Assembly (NCBI GenBank): GCA_017410745.1
Contig: JAFPPJ010000290.1
Span: 1 to 32,370, forward strand
Source: Oscillospiraceae bacterium
GTDB lineage: Bacteria > Bacillota > Clostridia > Oscillospirales > Ruminococcaceae
Reading direction: 5' to 3'
Length of the DNA: 32,370 nt
Part shown: positions 16,978-27,359 of the stretch, piece by piece
Layout of the letters: each line of letters opens with the position of its first letter
How positions within the stretch are numbered: position 1 is the stretch's first letter
Notes under the pieces: model-generated
Told to the model about the DNA's origin: nothing
Database searches by the model: none
Seen by the model: only the letters and a program-made list of their open reading frames with translations
Translations under genes and position numbers: made by a program

Positions 16978-17312
16978 TCCTCCACATGCTCCATTCCTAT
17001 CTCGATTATGCTCCTTACATGGTCATCGGAAAGAGAATAGAAAACGATCTTTCCCTCCTTGCGGAATTTCACCAGCTTGTTGTTCTTGAGCACTCTGAGC
17101 TGATGTGATACGGCAGTCTGGCTCATGTTCAGCAGTACAGCCATATCATTCACACACAGTTCCGATTCAAGAAGGGCATAGAGTATGCGTATCCTCGTAG
17201 TATCACCGAAGACCTTGTAAAGCTCCGCAAGGTCGTACAGCATTTCGTCAAGAGGCATCTCGTCACTGATCTTCTTGACCTGTTCATCATCAAGGCAAAG
17301 ATATTCTTCCAT
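16974..17312 (-). CDS. ArsR/SmtB-family metal-sensing repressor
   Basis: KVFGDTTRIRIL, ELCVND, SQTAVSHQLRVLK, alpha5-type DDH...EH; ATG 17312 behind AAAGGGA. Confidence 0.92.
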   Translation of the reverse strand: MEEYLCLDDEQVKKISDEMPLDEMLYDLAELYKVFGDTTRIRILYALLESELCVNDMAVLLNMSQTAVSHQLRVLKNNKLVKFRKEGKIVFYSLSDDHVRSIIEIGMEHVEE

Positions 17313-17323
17313 AGTTATCCCTT

Positions 17324-18124
17324 TCATCCTGCTGCCGAAGCACATCCGAGCGCTCCTGCAAATGCTCCGCCTGCGGGCATAATGAAGCTGTAACCGTGAA
17401 GGTCGCCCACATTCTTCATCATCTGCGCTCCTACGGGAAATTCCGACATTGCGCCCACAAATACCACTGTATCAAGGTCGGTGCCTTTAAGTGCGAATGC
17501 CGCCATTACACCCACAGACTGATATATCATATTAGCAAGACCTGCGGCGATATCGTTATTGTCATCATCAAGCGAAGCCTTGCCGAAATTGGCAGCGGTT
17601 AGATCAGCCGCAAGCCCCGTGTCTCCTACGCTTATATCCCCTACTGTAAGGTCTACCTTAGTAGTGTCTCCGAGGGCTGTCATATCCTTGATATTATATA
17701 TATCCGCCACACCGGTGGTGAGCAGAGAAAGGCCGCAAAGTGCTCCGCCGCCTATACCGCTCCCGCCTATATGCTCATACACATCGCCGTGAGCCATAAC
17801 AAAGGCAGTACCAGTACCCATGCTTACCACAAGGGCGTTTTCCCTGCCTGAAAGGATCTGTGCTCCTCTCCCGAAGGCCTCAAATTCGCTTATATAGCGG
17901 ACATTATAGTCTGCCTTTCTCTTTTCGAGCATCTTTGAGCCTACTCCGGACACCGTGATGCTTATTCCGTCAAGGCTCTGTCTGTTCAGCAGGAGGGACA
18001 GCTCTCTCTCGAAATGCGCCAGATCTCCGTCGGTAGCGTATCTTCTGCGTGACAATATCCTGTTGTTGTCATCAGCGCATACCAGCTTTACAGCCGAGCC
18101 TCCGATATCTGCTCCTATCCTCAT
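17324..18124 (-). CDS. coaW: Type II pantothenate kinase (CoaW-like)
   Basis: DIGGS.VK, EFEAFGRG, SMGTGT, GGSGIGGG, DLTVGDI, AANFGK; ATGA overlap with ThuA stop. Confidence 0.8.
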   Translation of the reverse strand: MRIGADIGGSAVKLVCADDNNRILSRRRYATDGDLAHFERELSLLLNRQSLDGISITVSGVGSKMLEKRKADYNVRYISEFEAFGRGAQILSGRENALVVSMGTGTAFVMAHGDVYEHIGGSGIGGGALCGLSLLTTGVADIYNIKDMTALGDTTKVDLTVGDISVGDTGLAADLTAANFGKASLDDDNNDIAAGLANMIYQSVGVMAAFALKGTDLDTVVFVGAMSEFPVGAQMMKNVGDLHGYSFIMPAGGAFAGALGCASAAG

Positions 18125-18840
18125 GCCTTTTCTCCTTCCGGCGCAGCGGCATTGATGCATTCGATGCATCTGTGCTCACGCTCACACGGAGCAGCCCAGT
18201 ATACCGCATTCCTTATGACCTTTCGTATATTCTCGTTGAGATATACGGGATATTCCTCATGTCCCGGCTGGAAATAGAATATCCTGCCGCCTCTGTGAAA
18301 GGTCACGCCGCTCCTGAATGCCTCACCGCCCGAAAACCATCCGATGAATACAGTCTCATCGGGTGAAGGTATATCAAACGGCTCTCCATACATTTCCTCT
18401 GCCGGTATCTCAAAATGATCGGGCAGTCCCCGTGCTATCATATGATGCGGGTCGCATACCCACAGGCGTTCCCTGTCGCCGTGTCTCCATCTGAGATTGC
18501 AGCTCGTACCGCACAGTGCCCTGAACACCTTGCTGTGATGTGCCGAATGGAGAGGGATAAAGCCCATGCCTCCGTGAATGTGCCTTATGACACGGCTGAC
18601 GTTCTCATCGGTGACCTTATCATGCGCATGATGTCCCCACCATATAAGCACATCCGTATCGGCGAGCGCTTCTTCCGAAAGGCCCTGATCCTCATCATCA
18701 AGGAGACCTACGGTCACTCTTACATTCTCGCAGTCCGAGAATATACCGGCAAGCGCACCGTGTATCCCCTGTGGGTAATGTGCCTTGATGCGTTCTTCCT
18801 TGTCATGTATGTTTTCGTTCCATATGCGGACATTTATCAT
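18121..18840 (-). CDS. ThuA (trehalose-utilisation) domain protein
   Basis: VRIWNE..H, YPQGIHG, DVLIWWGH, LHSAH.SK, EEMYGEPF, FQPGHE; ATG 18840 overlaps upstream stop. Confidence 0.9.
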   Translation of the reverse strand: MINVRIWNENIHDKEERIKAHYPQGIHGALAGIFSDCENVRVTVGLLDDEDQGLSEEALADTDVLIWWGHHAHDKVTDENVSRVIRHIHGGMGFIPLHSAHHSKVFRALCGTSCNLRWRHGDRERLWVCDPHHMIARGLPDHFEIPAEEMYGEPFDIPSPDETVFIGWFSGGEAFRSGVTFHRGGRIFYFQPGHEEYPVYLNENIRKVIRNAVYWAAPCEREHRCIECINAAAPEGEKA

Positions 18841-19064
18841 ATGTTCTGCAGTTCCTCGAGTATCATGCGTGCACTTTCCTTGAGTGCCGTCCTGCTTTCG
18901 CCGCCGTTCATGTCGAGCTCCATCATCGCATCCTCGATAACACAGGCAAGGTCGTCGCTGCATTCCTCGCTCTGTGACATCTCATCGAGCTGACTGTAGA
19001 ACGAATCAGTCTTTATCTTGCCTCTGAGTGCTTCATCGCACAGCTTTCTGAGCTTTTCGGTCAT
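18837..19064 (-). CDS. Small acidic hypothetical protein (75 aa)
   Basis: RBS AAAGGA; fills the gap in the operon with an ATGA overlap. Confidence 0.7.
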   Translation of the reverse strand: MTEKLRKLCDEALRGKIKTDSFYSQLDEMSQSEECSDDLACVIEDAMMELDMNGGESRTALKESARMILEELQNI

Positions 19065-19077
19065 AATTATCGTCCTT

Positions 19078-19857
19078 TCAATAGTTTTCTTTTATAAACA
19101 CTGCCGAGCTTTTCATATAAGCAAACTGATCGTTAGACCCGAAATGCTCTATGGAAAGATCGCCGTCATAGCCTTTGGTCTTCAGCGCATACAGTATCTC
19201 CCTGCTCCTGATGAAGCCGCTCCCGAAGGGACACGGATACATAGGGCAGCCCGCCATATCATCCTTGCGCTCTCCCTGTACGGTGCGCGTCCTGTCCTTG
19301 AGATGAACGTGCATTATCCTGCTCTCAAATCTTCTGAAGGAAGATATCTCATCCTCAAGTGCATATGCCCAGTTGCCGGTATCAAAGACAAATCCCAGGG
19401 CGGGCACATTGTCGAGCAGATACGCTATATCATCCGAGCGGCAGCATGGTGAATGGCTGTCGTCATAATCCTCTATGCCTACCTGTATGCCATACTGCAC
19501 AGCATCGCTGCATATGCGGTCAAGCTGTGCTGCTGTGCGCTCGTTCTCTACATTGAAGCCCGGCACAACGAGCACCTTGCCAGCACCGAAGAATGCAGCA
19601 GTATCAAACAGATCCATATACTCATTCCTGATCTGTTCATCGGTGGCGGACTCGAAAGCAAATGTATGATATACCGATCTGACAGTCATGCCGTTGTCGT
19701 CGAACAGATGCTTTATCTCATGGTCATGAAGTCTCTTCACATCACATTCAAGTCCCTGTATGCCGTAATTCGACGCTCTCTGCAGTCCCCTGCCCGTATC
19801 TATGCTGCACTGTGCACAGCCTTCAAGTATGTGTTCATAGAATATATTAAGCATCAT
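19078..19857 (-). CDS. Sugar-phosphate isomerase/epimerase (xylose-isomerase-like TIM barrel)
   Basis: GIED, FDTGN, HVHLKD, G.G, YDG.LSIEH metal ligands. Confidence 0.88.
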   Translation of the reverse strand: MMLNIFYEHILEGCAQCSIDTGRGLQRASNYGIQGLECDVKRLHDHEIKHLFDDNGMTVRSVYHTFAFESATDEQIRNEYMDLFDTAAFFGAGKVLVVPGFNVENERTAAQLDRICSDAVQYGIQVGIEDYDDSHSPCCRSDDIAYLLDNVPALGFVFDTGNWAYALEDEISSFRRFESRIMHVHLKDRTRTVQGERKDDMAGCPMYPCPFGSGFIRSREILYALKTKGYDGDLSIEHFGSNDQFAYMKSSAVFIKENY

Positions 19858-20719
19858 TTACCTCTGTCAAATAATCCGTTATCCTGCCAAAGTCATCAAA
19901 CGTCATCTGTTCGGGGCGTATGCTTCCCGGAAGACCGGCCTGTTCAAGGGCGCGATATGTCTCCTGCTTGGATATGCCTATTGACGTGAGAGAATTGGCA
20001 AGAGTCTTTCTCCTCTGCGAGAATGCTCCGCGTATTATCCCGAAAAGGCGCTTTTCATCCTTTACCTTCACGGGAGGAGCCGAACGTATATTGAGCCTTA
20101 TGACACATGAATCCACATTGGGACTTGGCATGAAGCTGCCCCTTGACACATCGAAAAGTATCTCGGGCTCTGCATAGTATTTCACGGCATAGCTCACTGC
20201 ACCGCATTCCCTTGTGCCGGGAGGCGCGCAAAGCCTTACCGCAGCTTCCTTCTGCACCATAACGGTGATGGTCTTTATCGGGAGCCGTTCTTCGAGAAGA
20301 TACATTATCACCGGTGAGGTTATATAATACGGGAGATTTGCACAGACCGCACATTCGAGCCCTGCAAAGTCCTCCTCAATGACCTTCTTCAGATCGGTCT
20401 TCATAACATCAGCATTGATGATATGTATATTGTCAAATCCAGCAAGTGTCTCATCGAGCACGGGCATGAGCCTTGTATCTATCTCAACGGCAGTGACCTT
20501 GTCAGCCCTCAGCGCAAGTTCCCTTGTAAGGACACCTATGCCCGTGCCTATCTCGATTATCCCGAAGCCAGGCGCTGCATTGCCAAGCTCTGCTATCTTA
20601 GGACACACAGACGGATTTATGAGAAAATTCTGCCCGAGCCCCTTCGAGAAGGAAAAGCCGTGACGAGACATTATATCGCGTATAGTCGAAATATCTGTAA
20701 GTCTGTTCATATCGATCAC
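19847..20719 (-). CDS. rsmA: 16S rRNA m6,6A dimethyltransferase
   Basis: GQNFL, EIGTGIG, ANLPYYIT, MVQKE, RRKTL. Confidence 0.97.
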   Translation of the reverse strand: MIDMNRLTDISTIRDIMSRHGFSFSKGLGQNFLINPSVCPKIAELGNAAPGFGIIEIGTGIGVLTRELALRADKVTAVEIDTRLMPVLDETLAGFDNIHIINADVMKTDLKKVIEEDFAGLECAVCANLPYYITSPVIMYLLEERLPIKTITVMVQKEAAVRLCAPPGTRECGAVSYAVKYYAEPEILFDVSRGSFMPSPNVDSCVIRLNIRSAPPVKVKDEKRLFGIIRGAFSQRRKTLANSLTSIGISKQETYRALEQAGLPGSIRPEQMTFDDFGRITDYLTEVNDA

Positions 20720-20889
20720 ATCTGATGCCTTACCACGGCATATTCGTCATCCGGGCGATAGTACGGACATTCACTGCACTGAGCGTTCATGAACCTGTAA
20801 AGCTCGTCTTCATCAAGGTCTACAAGGCATACGTTATATTCAAGCTCTTCGTCATATACAAAGTTGGCACAGCTGTCACAGTTTGTCAA
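20716..20889 (-). CDS. 57-aa Cys-rich acidic protein (DUF6472-like), missed by the ORF track
   Basis: RBS GGAGGG, TTG start; MTNCDSCANFVYDEELEYNVCLVDLDEDELYRFMNAQCSECPYYRPDDEYAVVRHQM; stop overlaps the rsmA start. Confidence 0.8.
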   Translation of the reverse strand: MTNCDSCANFVYDEELEYNVCLVDLDEDELYRFMNAQCSECPYYRPDDEYAVVRHQM

Positions 20890-20954
20890 AGGGCATCCCT
20901 CCGATACAGTCCTGTCAGGATATATCCGTGATCCGAACTGTGTAAATTATAGAG

Positions 20955-20983
20955 ATTGTACCATATTTCAGCATATTTGTCAC
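20955..20983 (-). promoter_or_regulatory. sigmaA promoter of the rsmA operon
   Basis: Minus strand GTGACA, 17 bp, TG-G-TACAAT. Confidence 0.65.
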
Positions 20984-21074
20984 CTGATTTTAACGAAAAA
21001 ACAATTAAGCCTTATGTCTATGTATGTAAATTTTTTGTGAATATAAATTAAATCAAGAAGTCACTTTGTTTTTA

Positions 21075-21103
21075 TTGACAAACTCCCATTTTTGTGGTAT
21101 AAT
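21075..21103 (+). promoter_or_regulatory. Consensus sigmaA promoter of the aro-gal operon
   Basis: TTGACA (21075-21080), 17 bp, TG-G-TATAAT (21098-21103). Confidence 0.88.
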
Positions 21104-21155
21104 AAATTATATATGACCATTAGAAAGGGCCTGTACGACGGCAACGGTAAATACA

Positions 21156-22211
21156 ATGAAAACAGTCAGAGTTGATGCATCTTCTTCCTATGATGTATTG
21201 ATCGGCAAAGGACTTATAGACAGAGCGGGAGAATTCATAAGCAAGGCATCGTCAGCGAAGCGTTTCGCTGTGATATGCGATGACAATACTGCCCCGCTGT
21301 ACTACGACAGAGTAAAAGCATCTCTTGAAGGCTCGGGACTTTCCTGTGAACAGTTCGTATTCCCTCACGGCGAGGCTTCAAAGTGTGCCGAGGTGCTCGG
21401 CAGGATATATTCATTTCTCGCTGCATCCCATTTCAGCCGCGCTGATGCAGTGATCGCCCTTGGCGGCGGAGTTACCGGCGATATGGCCGGATATGCCGCA
21501 GCCACATATCTGAGAGGTCTCGGCTTCATACAGATACCTACATCCCTGCTTTCACAGGTGGATTCCTCGGTCGGCGGCAAGACCGCGATAGATATACCCG
21601 AGGGCAAGAATCTTGTAGGCGCATTCAAGCAGCCAGACCTTGTCATAATCGACACTGATACGCTTTCTTCCCTGCCCCGTGAATTTCTCATAGACGGCAT
21701 GGGAGAGGTCATAAAGTACGGTATGATACGTTCTGCCGAGCTTTTTGACAAGCTTTGCAGCACCGATATAGATCATATCCTCGATAATGTCGAAGATATC
21801 GTATATGACTGCATCTCCATCAAGCGTGATGTAGTTGAGGCAGATGAATTCGACCGCGGCGAAAGAGAGCTCCTCAATTTCGGACATACCCTCGGTCATT
21901 CCATCGAGCAGTACTATCACTACACAGGCATATCCCACGGCAGAGCTGTAGCGAAGGGGATGGAGCTCATCACCCGTATAGCTGCCGAAAAAGGCATATG
22001 CAGCATGGAACTGTGCGACAGGCTGAACAGCTGTCTGAGGCTCTATGAGCTCGATATAGAGATAGAGCCTTCCCTTTCGCAGCTTGGCGATGCTGTGCTC
22101 AATGACAAGAAGCGCAGCGGGAATAATATAGACATCATCATGTGCAGCGATGTGGGAAGATCATCGGCTGTGAAAATGACAGTGGATGAATTCATTTCTA
22201 TACTCGGATAA
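21156..22211 (+). CDS. aroB: 3-dehydroquinate synthase
   Basis: GGGVTGD, PTSLLSQVDSSVGGKT, KNLVGAF, EVIKY, LNFGHTLGH, DKKR. Confidence 0.96.
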   Translation: MKTVRVDASSSYDVLIGKGLIDRAGEFISKASSAKRFAVICDDNTAPLYYDRVKASLEGSGLSCEQFVFPHGEASKCAEVLGRIYSFLAASHFSRADAVIALGGGVTGDMAGYAAATYLRGLGFIQIPTSLLSQVDSSVGGKTAIDIPEGKNLVGAFKQPDLVIIDTDTLSSLPREFLIDGMGEVIKYGMIRSAELFDKLCSTDIDHILDNVEDIVYDCISIKRDVVEADEFDRGERELLNFGHTLGHSIEQYYHYTGISHGRAVAKGMELITRIAAEKGICSMELCDRLNSCLRLYELDIEIEPSLSQLGDAVLNDKKRSGNNIDIIMCSDVGRSSAVKMTVDEFISILG

Positions 22212-22221
22212 CGGAGAACAT

Positions 22222-23445
22222 ATGGATATAAGGATCACACCGCAAAAGCTTCACGGGCACGTTGACATACCCTCATCGAAAAGCTATTCGCACAGAGCGG
22301 TCATTGCCGCCGCCCTTGCAGAAGGCACTTCGGTCATTACCGGCGTTTCTGCATCGGCTGACATAGATGTAACATGTAGGGCGATGTCTGTGCTCGGAGC
22401 AGATATATGCGGTGAAAACGGCACATACACGATAAAGGGAGCAGGCAGACCTGCGAGCGGTATCATAGACTGCGGCGAGAGCGGCTCTACACTGAGATTT
22501 CTGATACCCATTGCAGCAGCACTCGGCGCAGACGTGACATTTGAAGGGCACGGCAAGCTCCCCACAAGACCTATCACACCGTATATACGCGAGCTTGGCA
22601 AAAAGGGCATCAGATTTGACAAGGAAGGCGGTCTCCCGATTTCTATGAGCGGCAGACTGCAGTCCGGGGAATTCCTGCTCGAAGGAGACATATCATCGCA
22701 GTTCATAACCGGTCTGCTCTTCGCTTTGCCCCTGCTTGAAGGGGATTCGGTGATAAGGCTCACCTCTCCCCTTGAGTCAAAGCCCTATGCTGATATGACA
22801 GTATCGACACTCGGGCATTTTGGTATAACAGTCAGGGAATCATGCAGCAACGGACTACCGGTATACGAGATAAAGGGCGGTCAGCATTACAAGCCCTGTG
22901 ACATGCGTGTAGAGGGTGATTACTCTCAGGCGGCATTCTTCTATGTGGCAAATGCCCTCGGATGCGATATAGATATGGGAAATCTCGCAGAGGACACCGT
23001 TCAGGGTGACAGGATCATAGAGCAGCTCGCAAGGGTCGAAAATGGCAGGATACCTTCGTTCGTGCAGGATGCATCGGATGTGCCCGACCTTGTGCCCGTC
23101 CTGACAGTGCTTGCATCCGCAGCGGAAGGTACGAGCAAAATAATCAACGCATCACGTCTGAGGATAAAGGAATCCGACAGGCTCGAATCCGCCGCAGCGA
23201 TGATAAATGCTCTTGGCGGCCGTGTCACGGTCGGAGAGGATAATCTCGTGATAGAGCATTGTGCCCGCTTCAAGGGCGGCACGATAGATTCGTACAACGA
23301 TCACCGCATCGTGATGTCGGCAGCCATTGCCGCAGTAATGTCCGACGCACCTGTGACCATACTCGGTGCCGAGGCAGTAAATAAGAGCTATCCGCGGTTT
23401 TTCGACGATTATCGCTCACTTGGCGGCATAGCAGAGATCATATAA
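22222..23445 (+). CDS. aroA: EPSP synthase
   Basis: SKSYSHR, GESGSTLRF, SSQF, RIKESDR, DHR, KSYP; ATG 22222 behind GGAG. Confidence 0.96.
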   Translation: MDIRITPQKLHGHVDIPSSKSYSHRAVIAAALAEGTSVITGVSASADIDVTCRAMSVLGADICGENGTYTIKGAGRPASGIIDCGESGSTLRFLIPIAAALGADVTFEGHGKLPTRPITPYIRELGKKGIRFDKEGGLPISMSGRLQSGEFLLEGDISSQFITGLLFALPLLEGDSVIRLTSPLESKPYADMTVSTLGHFGITVRESCSNGLPVYEIKGGQHYKPCDMRVEGDYSQAAFFYVANALGCDIDMGNLAEDTVQGDRIIEQLARVENGRIPSFVQDASDVPDLVPVLTVLASAAEGTSKIINASRLRIKESDRLESAAAMINALGGRVTVGEDNLVIEHCARFKGGTIDSYNDHRIVMSAAIAAVMSDAPVTILGAEAVNKSYPRFFDDYRSLGGIAEII

Positions 23446-23457
23446 GGAGGGGTCGGT

Positions 23458-24543
23458 ATGTCTTCTATATGGCATGGCAGGATAAGCGTCTCTGTGTTCG
23501 GAGAAGCAGGCGGCCCTGCTATCGGCGTAACGGTCGATAATCTTCCTCCCGGTGAGTATATAGATACAGATATGCTTCGTCATCAGATGAGCAGAAGGCT
23601 CATCGACAAGACCGGCCTTGTTGCGGGCGATGCACTGATGCCGAGCATCATGTCGGGCATATCGGGCTGCCGCACCACAGGCTCGCCTGTTATGGCGCTC
23701 ATCACCAATAACGAATATCATCCCGATGAATCGGGCAACGCCCCTCTCATCGCACGTCCCGGAAATGCGGACTATACCGGCGCTGTAAGATACAAGGGCT
23801 TCAACGATGTCAGACATGACGGGCATCTTTCCAAAAAGCTCATCGCACCGCTCATATTCGCAGGCTCGCTGTGCGCACAGATACTTGAAAGGCGCAGCAT
23901 ATACACAGGCGCGCATATCTACCGCATACACGGCATAAAAGACACCCCCTTCGATCCTGTGAAGATCGACCGCGACAAGATCGCAGAGATACGCAAGAAG
24001 GACTTCCCTGTGGTAAATGACAGGCAGGGCGTGAAGATGCGGTCGGATATAGCAAAGGCCGCCTTATGCGGAGACAGTCTGGGCGGCATAATCGAATGTG
24101 CTGTGACCAATCTCCCTGCAGGCATAGGTTCTCCTATGTTCGACGGACTTGAGAACACCATATCCCAGCTCATATTCGGCATCCCCCTTGCCACAGGCAT
24201 AGAATTCGGAGCGGGCTTCATGTCCGCACAGATGCTCGGCTCACAGTATAATGATGAGTTCTATGCAGATGATCACGGATATGTCAAGACAAAGACCAAC
24301 AATCACGGCGGTCTGCTCGGCGGCATCACAAGCGGAATGCCGCTCATATTCAGGGCTTCTTTCAAGCCCAATCCCACTCTCGGTATGTCTGTCAATGCGA
24401 TAGACTGCTCGACTCTCGAAAACACCGTAACAGGGGAAAACTCCGCTGAGAACCCCTGTCTGATACCGTCTTATGTCCCTGCTGTTGAAGCGGCGGCTGC
24501 GATAGCCGTTCTCTCTCACGTAGCGGACTACCCTAACTTCTGA
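23458..24543 (+). CDS. aroC: Chorismate synthase homologue with substituted active-site motifs
   Basis: Full-length AroC scaffold (TTG.P, GDSLGG, GIEFGAGF, NHGGLLGGITSG) in an aro operon, but GESHG->GEAGG, RPGHAD->RPGNAD, GRHDPC->AENPC. Confidence 0.8.
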   Translation: MSSIWHGRISVSVFGEAGGPAIGVTVDNLPPGEYIDTDMLRHQMSRRLIDKTGLVAGDALMPSIMSGISGCRTTGSPVMALITNNEYHPDESGNAPLIARPGNADYTGAVRYKGFNDVRHDGHLSKKLIAPLIFAGSLCAQILERRSIYTGAHIYRIHGIKDTPFDPVKIDRDKIAEIRKKDFPVVNDRQGVKMRSDIAKAALCGDSLGGIIECAVTNLPAGIGSPMFDGLENTISQLIFGIPLATGIEFGAGFMSAQMLGSQYNDEFYADDHGYVKTKTNNHGGLLGGITSGMPLIFRASFKPNPTLGMSVNAIDCSTLENTVTGENSAENPCLIPSYVPAVEAAAAIAVLSHVADYPNF

Positions 24544-25097
24544 TGCCTATGGAACAAGGTCTCCCTATCATGAGCAGTCAGAGCGACGTGAAGGTCATCA
24601 TCTGCTATCTGCTCGACAGGCTTCATCGTGATGTTACGATGGAACAGCTTGGCATTATATGCGAATCGGTCGGTATAGATTATTTCCTGCTGACAGGTGC
24701 AGTGGATGATCTCATCGGCTCGGGCGCTCTTATACAGACTGAAACAGGGCTCGTGCTTGGAGATAACGGCCGCATGAGCTCTGAATATTTTTCCAGATAC
24801 CTTCCGCTCGTATTCAGAAAGCGTATACTCACTGCGGCGCTGGAATTCTTCTCCTCTGCAGGCGGCATACCCGGATGCATATGCGAAGCAGTCACGAATG
24901 ACAGCGGCTGCTTTGTTCATTTTTCACTTGGAGGAAGCGACGGCGCTATTGACATGCATCTGCTCGCAGGAGACAGTACACAGGCCGAGAGGATGGCTGA
25001 GAATATACGGAAGGCACCCATACAGAGCTATGAGAGGATAATCGCGGCTCTTCTCGCAGATAATACCCCTCAGATAAATGTAGATCAGATCATATGA
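24543..25097 (+). CDS. DUF4364-like protein (N-terminal winged helix)
   Basis: DVKVIICYLL...IDYFLL..AVDDL..SG pattern; overlaps both neighbours. Confidence 0.65.
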   Translation: MPMEQGLPIMSSQSDVKVIICYLLDRLHRDVTMEQLGIICESVGIDYFLLTGAVDDLIGSGALIQTETGLVLGDNGRMSSEYFSRYLPLVFRKRILTAALEFFSSAGGIPGCICEAVTNDSGCFVHFSLGGSDGAIDMHLLAGDSTQAERMAENIRKAPIQSYERIIAALLADNTPQINVDQII

Positions 25098-25111
25098 AAC
25101 GAGGTACGATC

Positions 25112-26356
25112 ATGGATATTCAGCAGAAGCTCGACTGGCTTTACGGAGACGGTCAGGCAGAATTTCAGAAGAACAGATATGACAGCACCGTCAGGAAATT
25201 CAGAGAGCTTTACGGAAGCGGTGATCTGCTCATGTTCTCCGCCCCCGGAAGGACAGAGATAGGCGGAAATCACACGGATCACAACAGGGGCTGTGTACTT
25301 GCTGCGGCAGTCGGTCTTGATGTGATCGCGGCTGTTCGCCCGGAAGAAAACGATATCATAAGAGTGCGTTCTCTCGGATTCGGTGAAGATACGGTGGATA
25401 TATCGGATCTTTCCGTTCACCCCGAGGAGGCAAATACCTCCGCATCCCTCATACGGGGAGTTGCGGCGGGAATGGCAAAGGCAGGCTATAAGCTGAAGGG
25501 CTTTACAGCCTTCACCACATCGAATGTGCTCAAAGGCAGCGGTCTCTCCTCTTCCGCTTCTTTTGAAGTGCTTATCGGTACGATACTCTCACACATCGCA
25601 AACGACGGAAAAGTATCGGCAGTGGAGATAGCAAAGATCGCACAGTTTGCAGAGAATGAATACTTCGGCAAGCCTTCGGGGCTTATGGATCAGATGGCAT
25701 CATCGGTGGGCGGATTCGTAGGCATAGATTTTGCAGATACCAATGGCCCGGGCATAAAGAGCATACCCTTTGACATTAAGGGATATGATCTCTTCGTTGT
25801 GGACACTAAGGGCGATCATGCAGACCTTACTCCCGAATATGCGGCTGTGCCCCGCGAAATGAAGGATATCGCAGGGTTCTTCGGCAAGGATGTGCTCCGT
25901 GAGATAAGCAAGAGCGATATCACCGACAATATCTGCGAGCTGCGCACGCGATTCGGCGACAGAGCCGTAGCGAGGGCATATCACTTCTTTGATGAGAGCG
26001 AACGCGCTGTGAAGGAAGCGGAGGCACTCGATCACGGCGATATAGATGCCTTCCTCGCACTTGTCAACGAAAGCGGCGACAGCTCATACAAATATCTGCA
26101 GAATATATTTGCACCGGGCGACCCGAGGAACGAAGGCCTTGTGATAGGGCTTTATACCGCAAAGGATGTACTCGGCAGGAGAGGCGCTTCAAGAGTACAC
26201 GGCGGCGGATTTGCAGGTACGATACAGGCATTCGTGCCCACAGACCTGACAGATGAGTTTGTTTCCCGTATGGAGAAGGTATTCGGAAAAGACAGCTGCC
26301 ACAGACTGTTTATAAGACCTGTGGGCGGCTATTATGTAATGGAGGTCAAGGAATGA
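25112..26356 (+). CDS. galK: Galactokinase
   Basis: [36 protein letters not shown]; ATG 25112 behind GAGGT (alternative 25094). Confidence 0.92.
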   Translation: MDIQQKLDWLYGDGQAEFQKNRYDSTVRKFRELYGSGDLLMFSAPGRTEIGGNHTDHNRGCVLAAAVGLDVIAAVRPEENDIIRVRSLGFGEDTVDISDLSVHPEEANTSASLIRGVAAGMAKAGYKLKGFTAFTTSNVLKGSGLSSSASFEVLIGTILSHIANDGKVSAVEIAKIAQFAENEYFGKPSGLMDQMASSVGGFVGIDFADTNGPGIKSIPFDIKGYDLFVVDTKGDHADLTPEYAAVPREMKDIAGFFGKDVLREISKSDITDNICELRTRFGDRAVARAYHFFDESERAVKEAEALDHGDIDAFLALVNESGDSSYKYLQNIFAPGDPRNEGLVIGLYTAKDVLGRRGASRVHGGGFAGTIQAFVPTDLTDEFVSRMEKVFGKDSCHRLFIRPVGGYYVMEVKE

Positions 26357-27357
26357 TACTTGTAACAGGCGGCGCAGGATACATCGGATCACATACCTGC
26401 ATAGAACTTATAAATGCCGGTGAGGATATAGTCATCGTTGATAATTTCAGCAATTCCAAGCCGAGAGCCATCGAACTCATAAAAGAGATAACCGGCAAGG
26501 ACGTTAAATTCTATGAAGCAGACCTTCTTGACCGCGATGCGGTAAGAAAGATATTCGACGAGAACGATATAGAATCCGTGATACATTTCGCTGGTCTCAA
26601 GGCCGTGGGCGAATCTGTATCAAAGCCCATAGAGTACTATCACAACAATATCACCGGGACACTGATACTCTGCGACGAGATGCGCCGTCACGGATGCAAG
26701 CGCCTGGTATTCTCATCCTCCGCTACCGTCTACGGCTCACCCAAAAGCGTGCCCATAAGGGAGGATTTCCCGCTTTCCACCACAAATCCCTACGGCACCA
26801 CAAAGCTCATGATAGAGCGCATACTTCAGGACATCCATACCTCCGACAATGAGTGGAGCATAGCACTTCTCAGGTATTTCAATCCCATCGGCGCTCATAA
26901 ATCGGGAAAGATAGGCGAAAACCCCAACGGCATCCCGAACAACCTCATGCCCTATATCATGCAGGTCGCTGTGGGAAGACTGCCAGAACTCGGCGTATTC
27001 GGCAACGACTATCCCACACATGACGGCACCGGCGTGCGCGACTATATCCATGTGGTCGATCTTGCACTCGGACATCTCAAAGCGATACAGAAGATACGCA
27101 GCATGAACGGCGTAGGGATATGGAACCTGGGCACAGGCAACGGATACAGCGTGCTCGATATAGTAAATGCATTCACGAAGGCGAGCGGGGTTGAGATACC
27201 GTACAGCATAAAGGCACGCCGTCCCGGTGATATAGCAGAATGCTATGCAGATCCAACCAAGGCACTCAATGAGCTTGGCTGGAAGGCTGAGCGCGATATA
27301 AACGAGATGTGTGAAGACAGCTGGAGATTTATCAGAAACAACCCCGAAGGACTTTGA
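26353..27357 (+). CDS. galE: UDP-glucose 4-epimerase
   Basis: [47 protein letters not shown]. Confidence 0.97.
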   Translation: MILVTGGAGYIGSHTCIELINAGEDIVIVDNFSNSKPRAIELIKEITGKDVKFYEADLLDRDAVRKIFDENDIESVIHFAGLKAVGESVSKPIEYYHNNITGTLILCDEMRRHGCKRLVFSSSATVYGSPKSVPIREDFPLSTTNPYGTTKLMIERILQDIHTSDNEWSIALLRYFNPIGAHKSGKIGENPNGIPNNLMPYIMQVAVGRLPELGVFGNDYPTHDGTGVRDYIHVVDLALGHLKAIQKIRSMNGVGIWNLGTGNGYSVLDIVNAFTKASGVEIPYSIKARRPGDIAECYADPTKALNELGWKAERDINEMCEDSWRFIRNNPEGL

Positions 27358-27359
27358 TC

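Noticed and set aside
20725-20931. 68-aa plus-strand ORF
   Set aside because: Shadow of the real minus-strand Cys-rich gene 20716-20889
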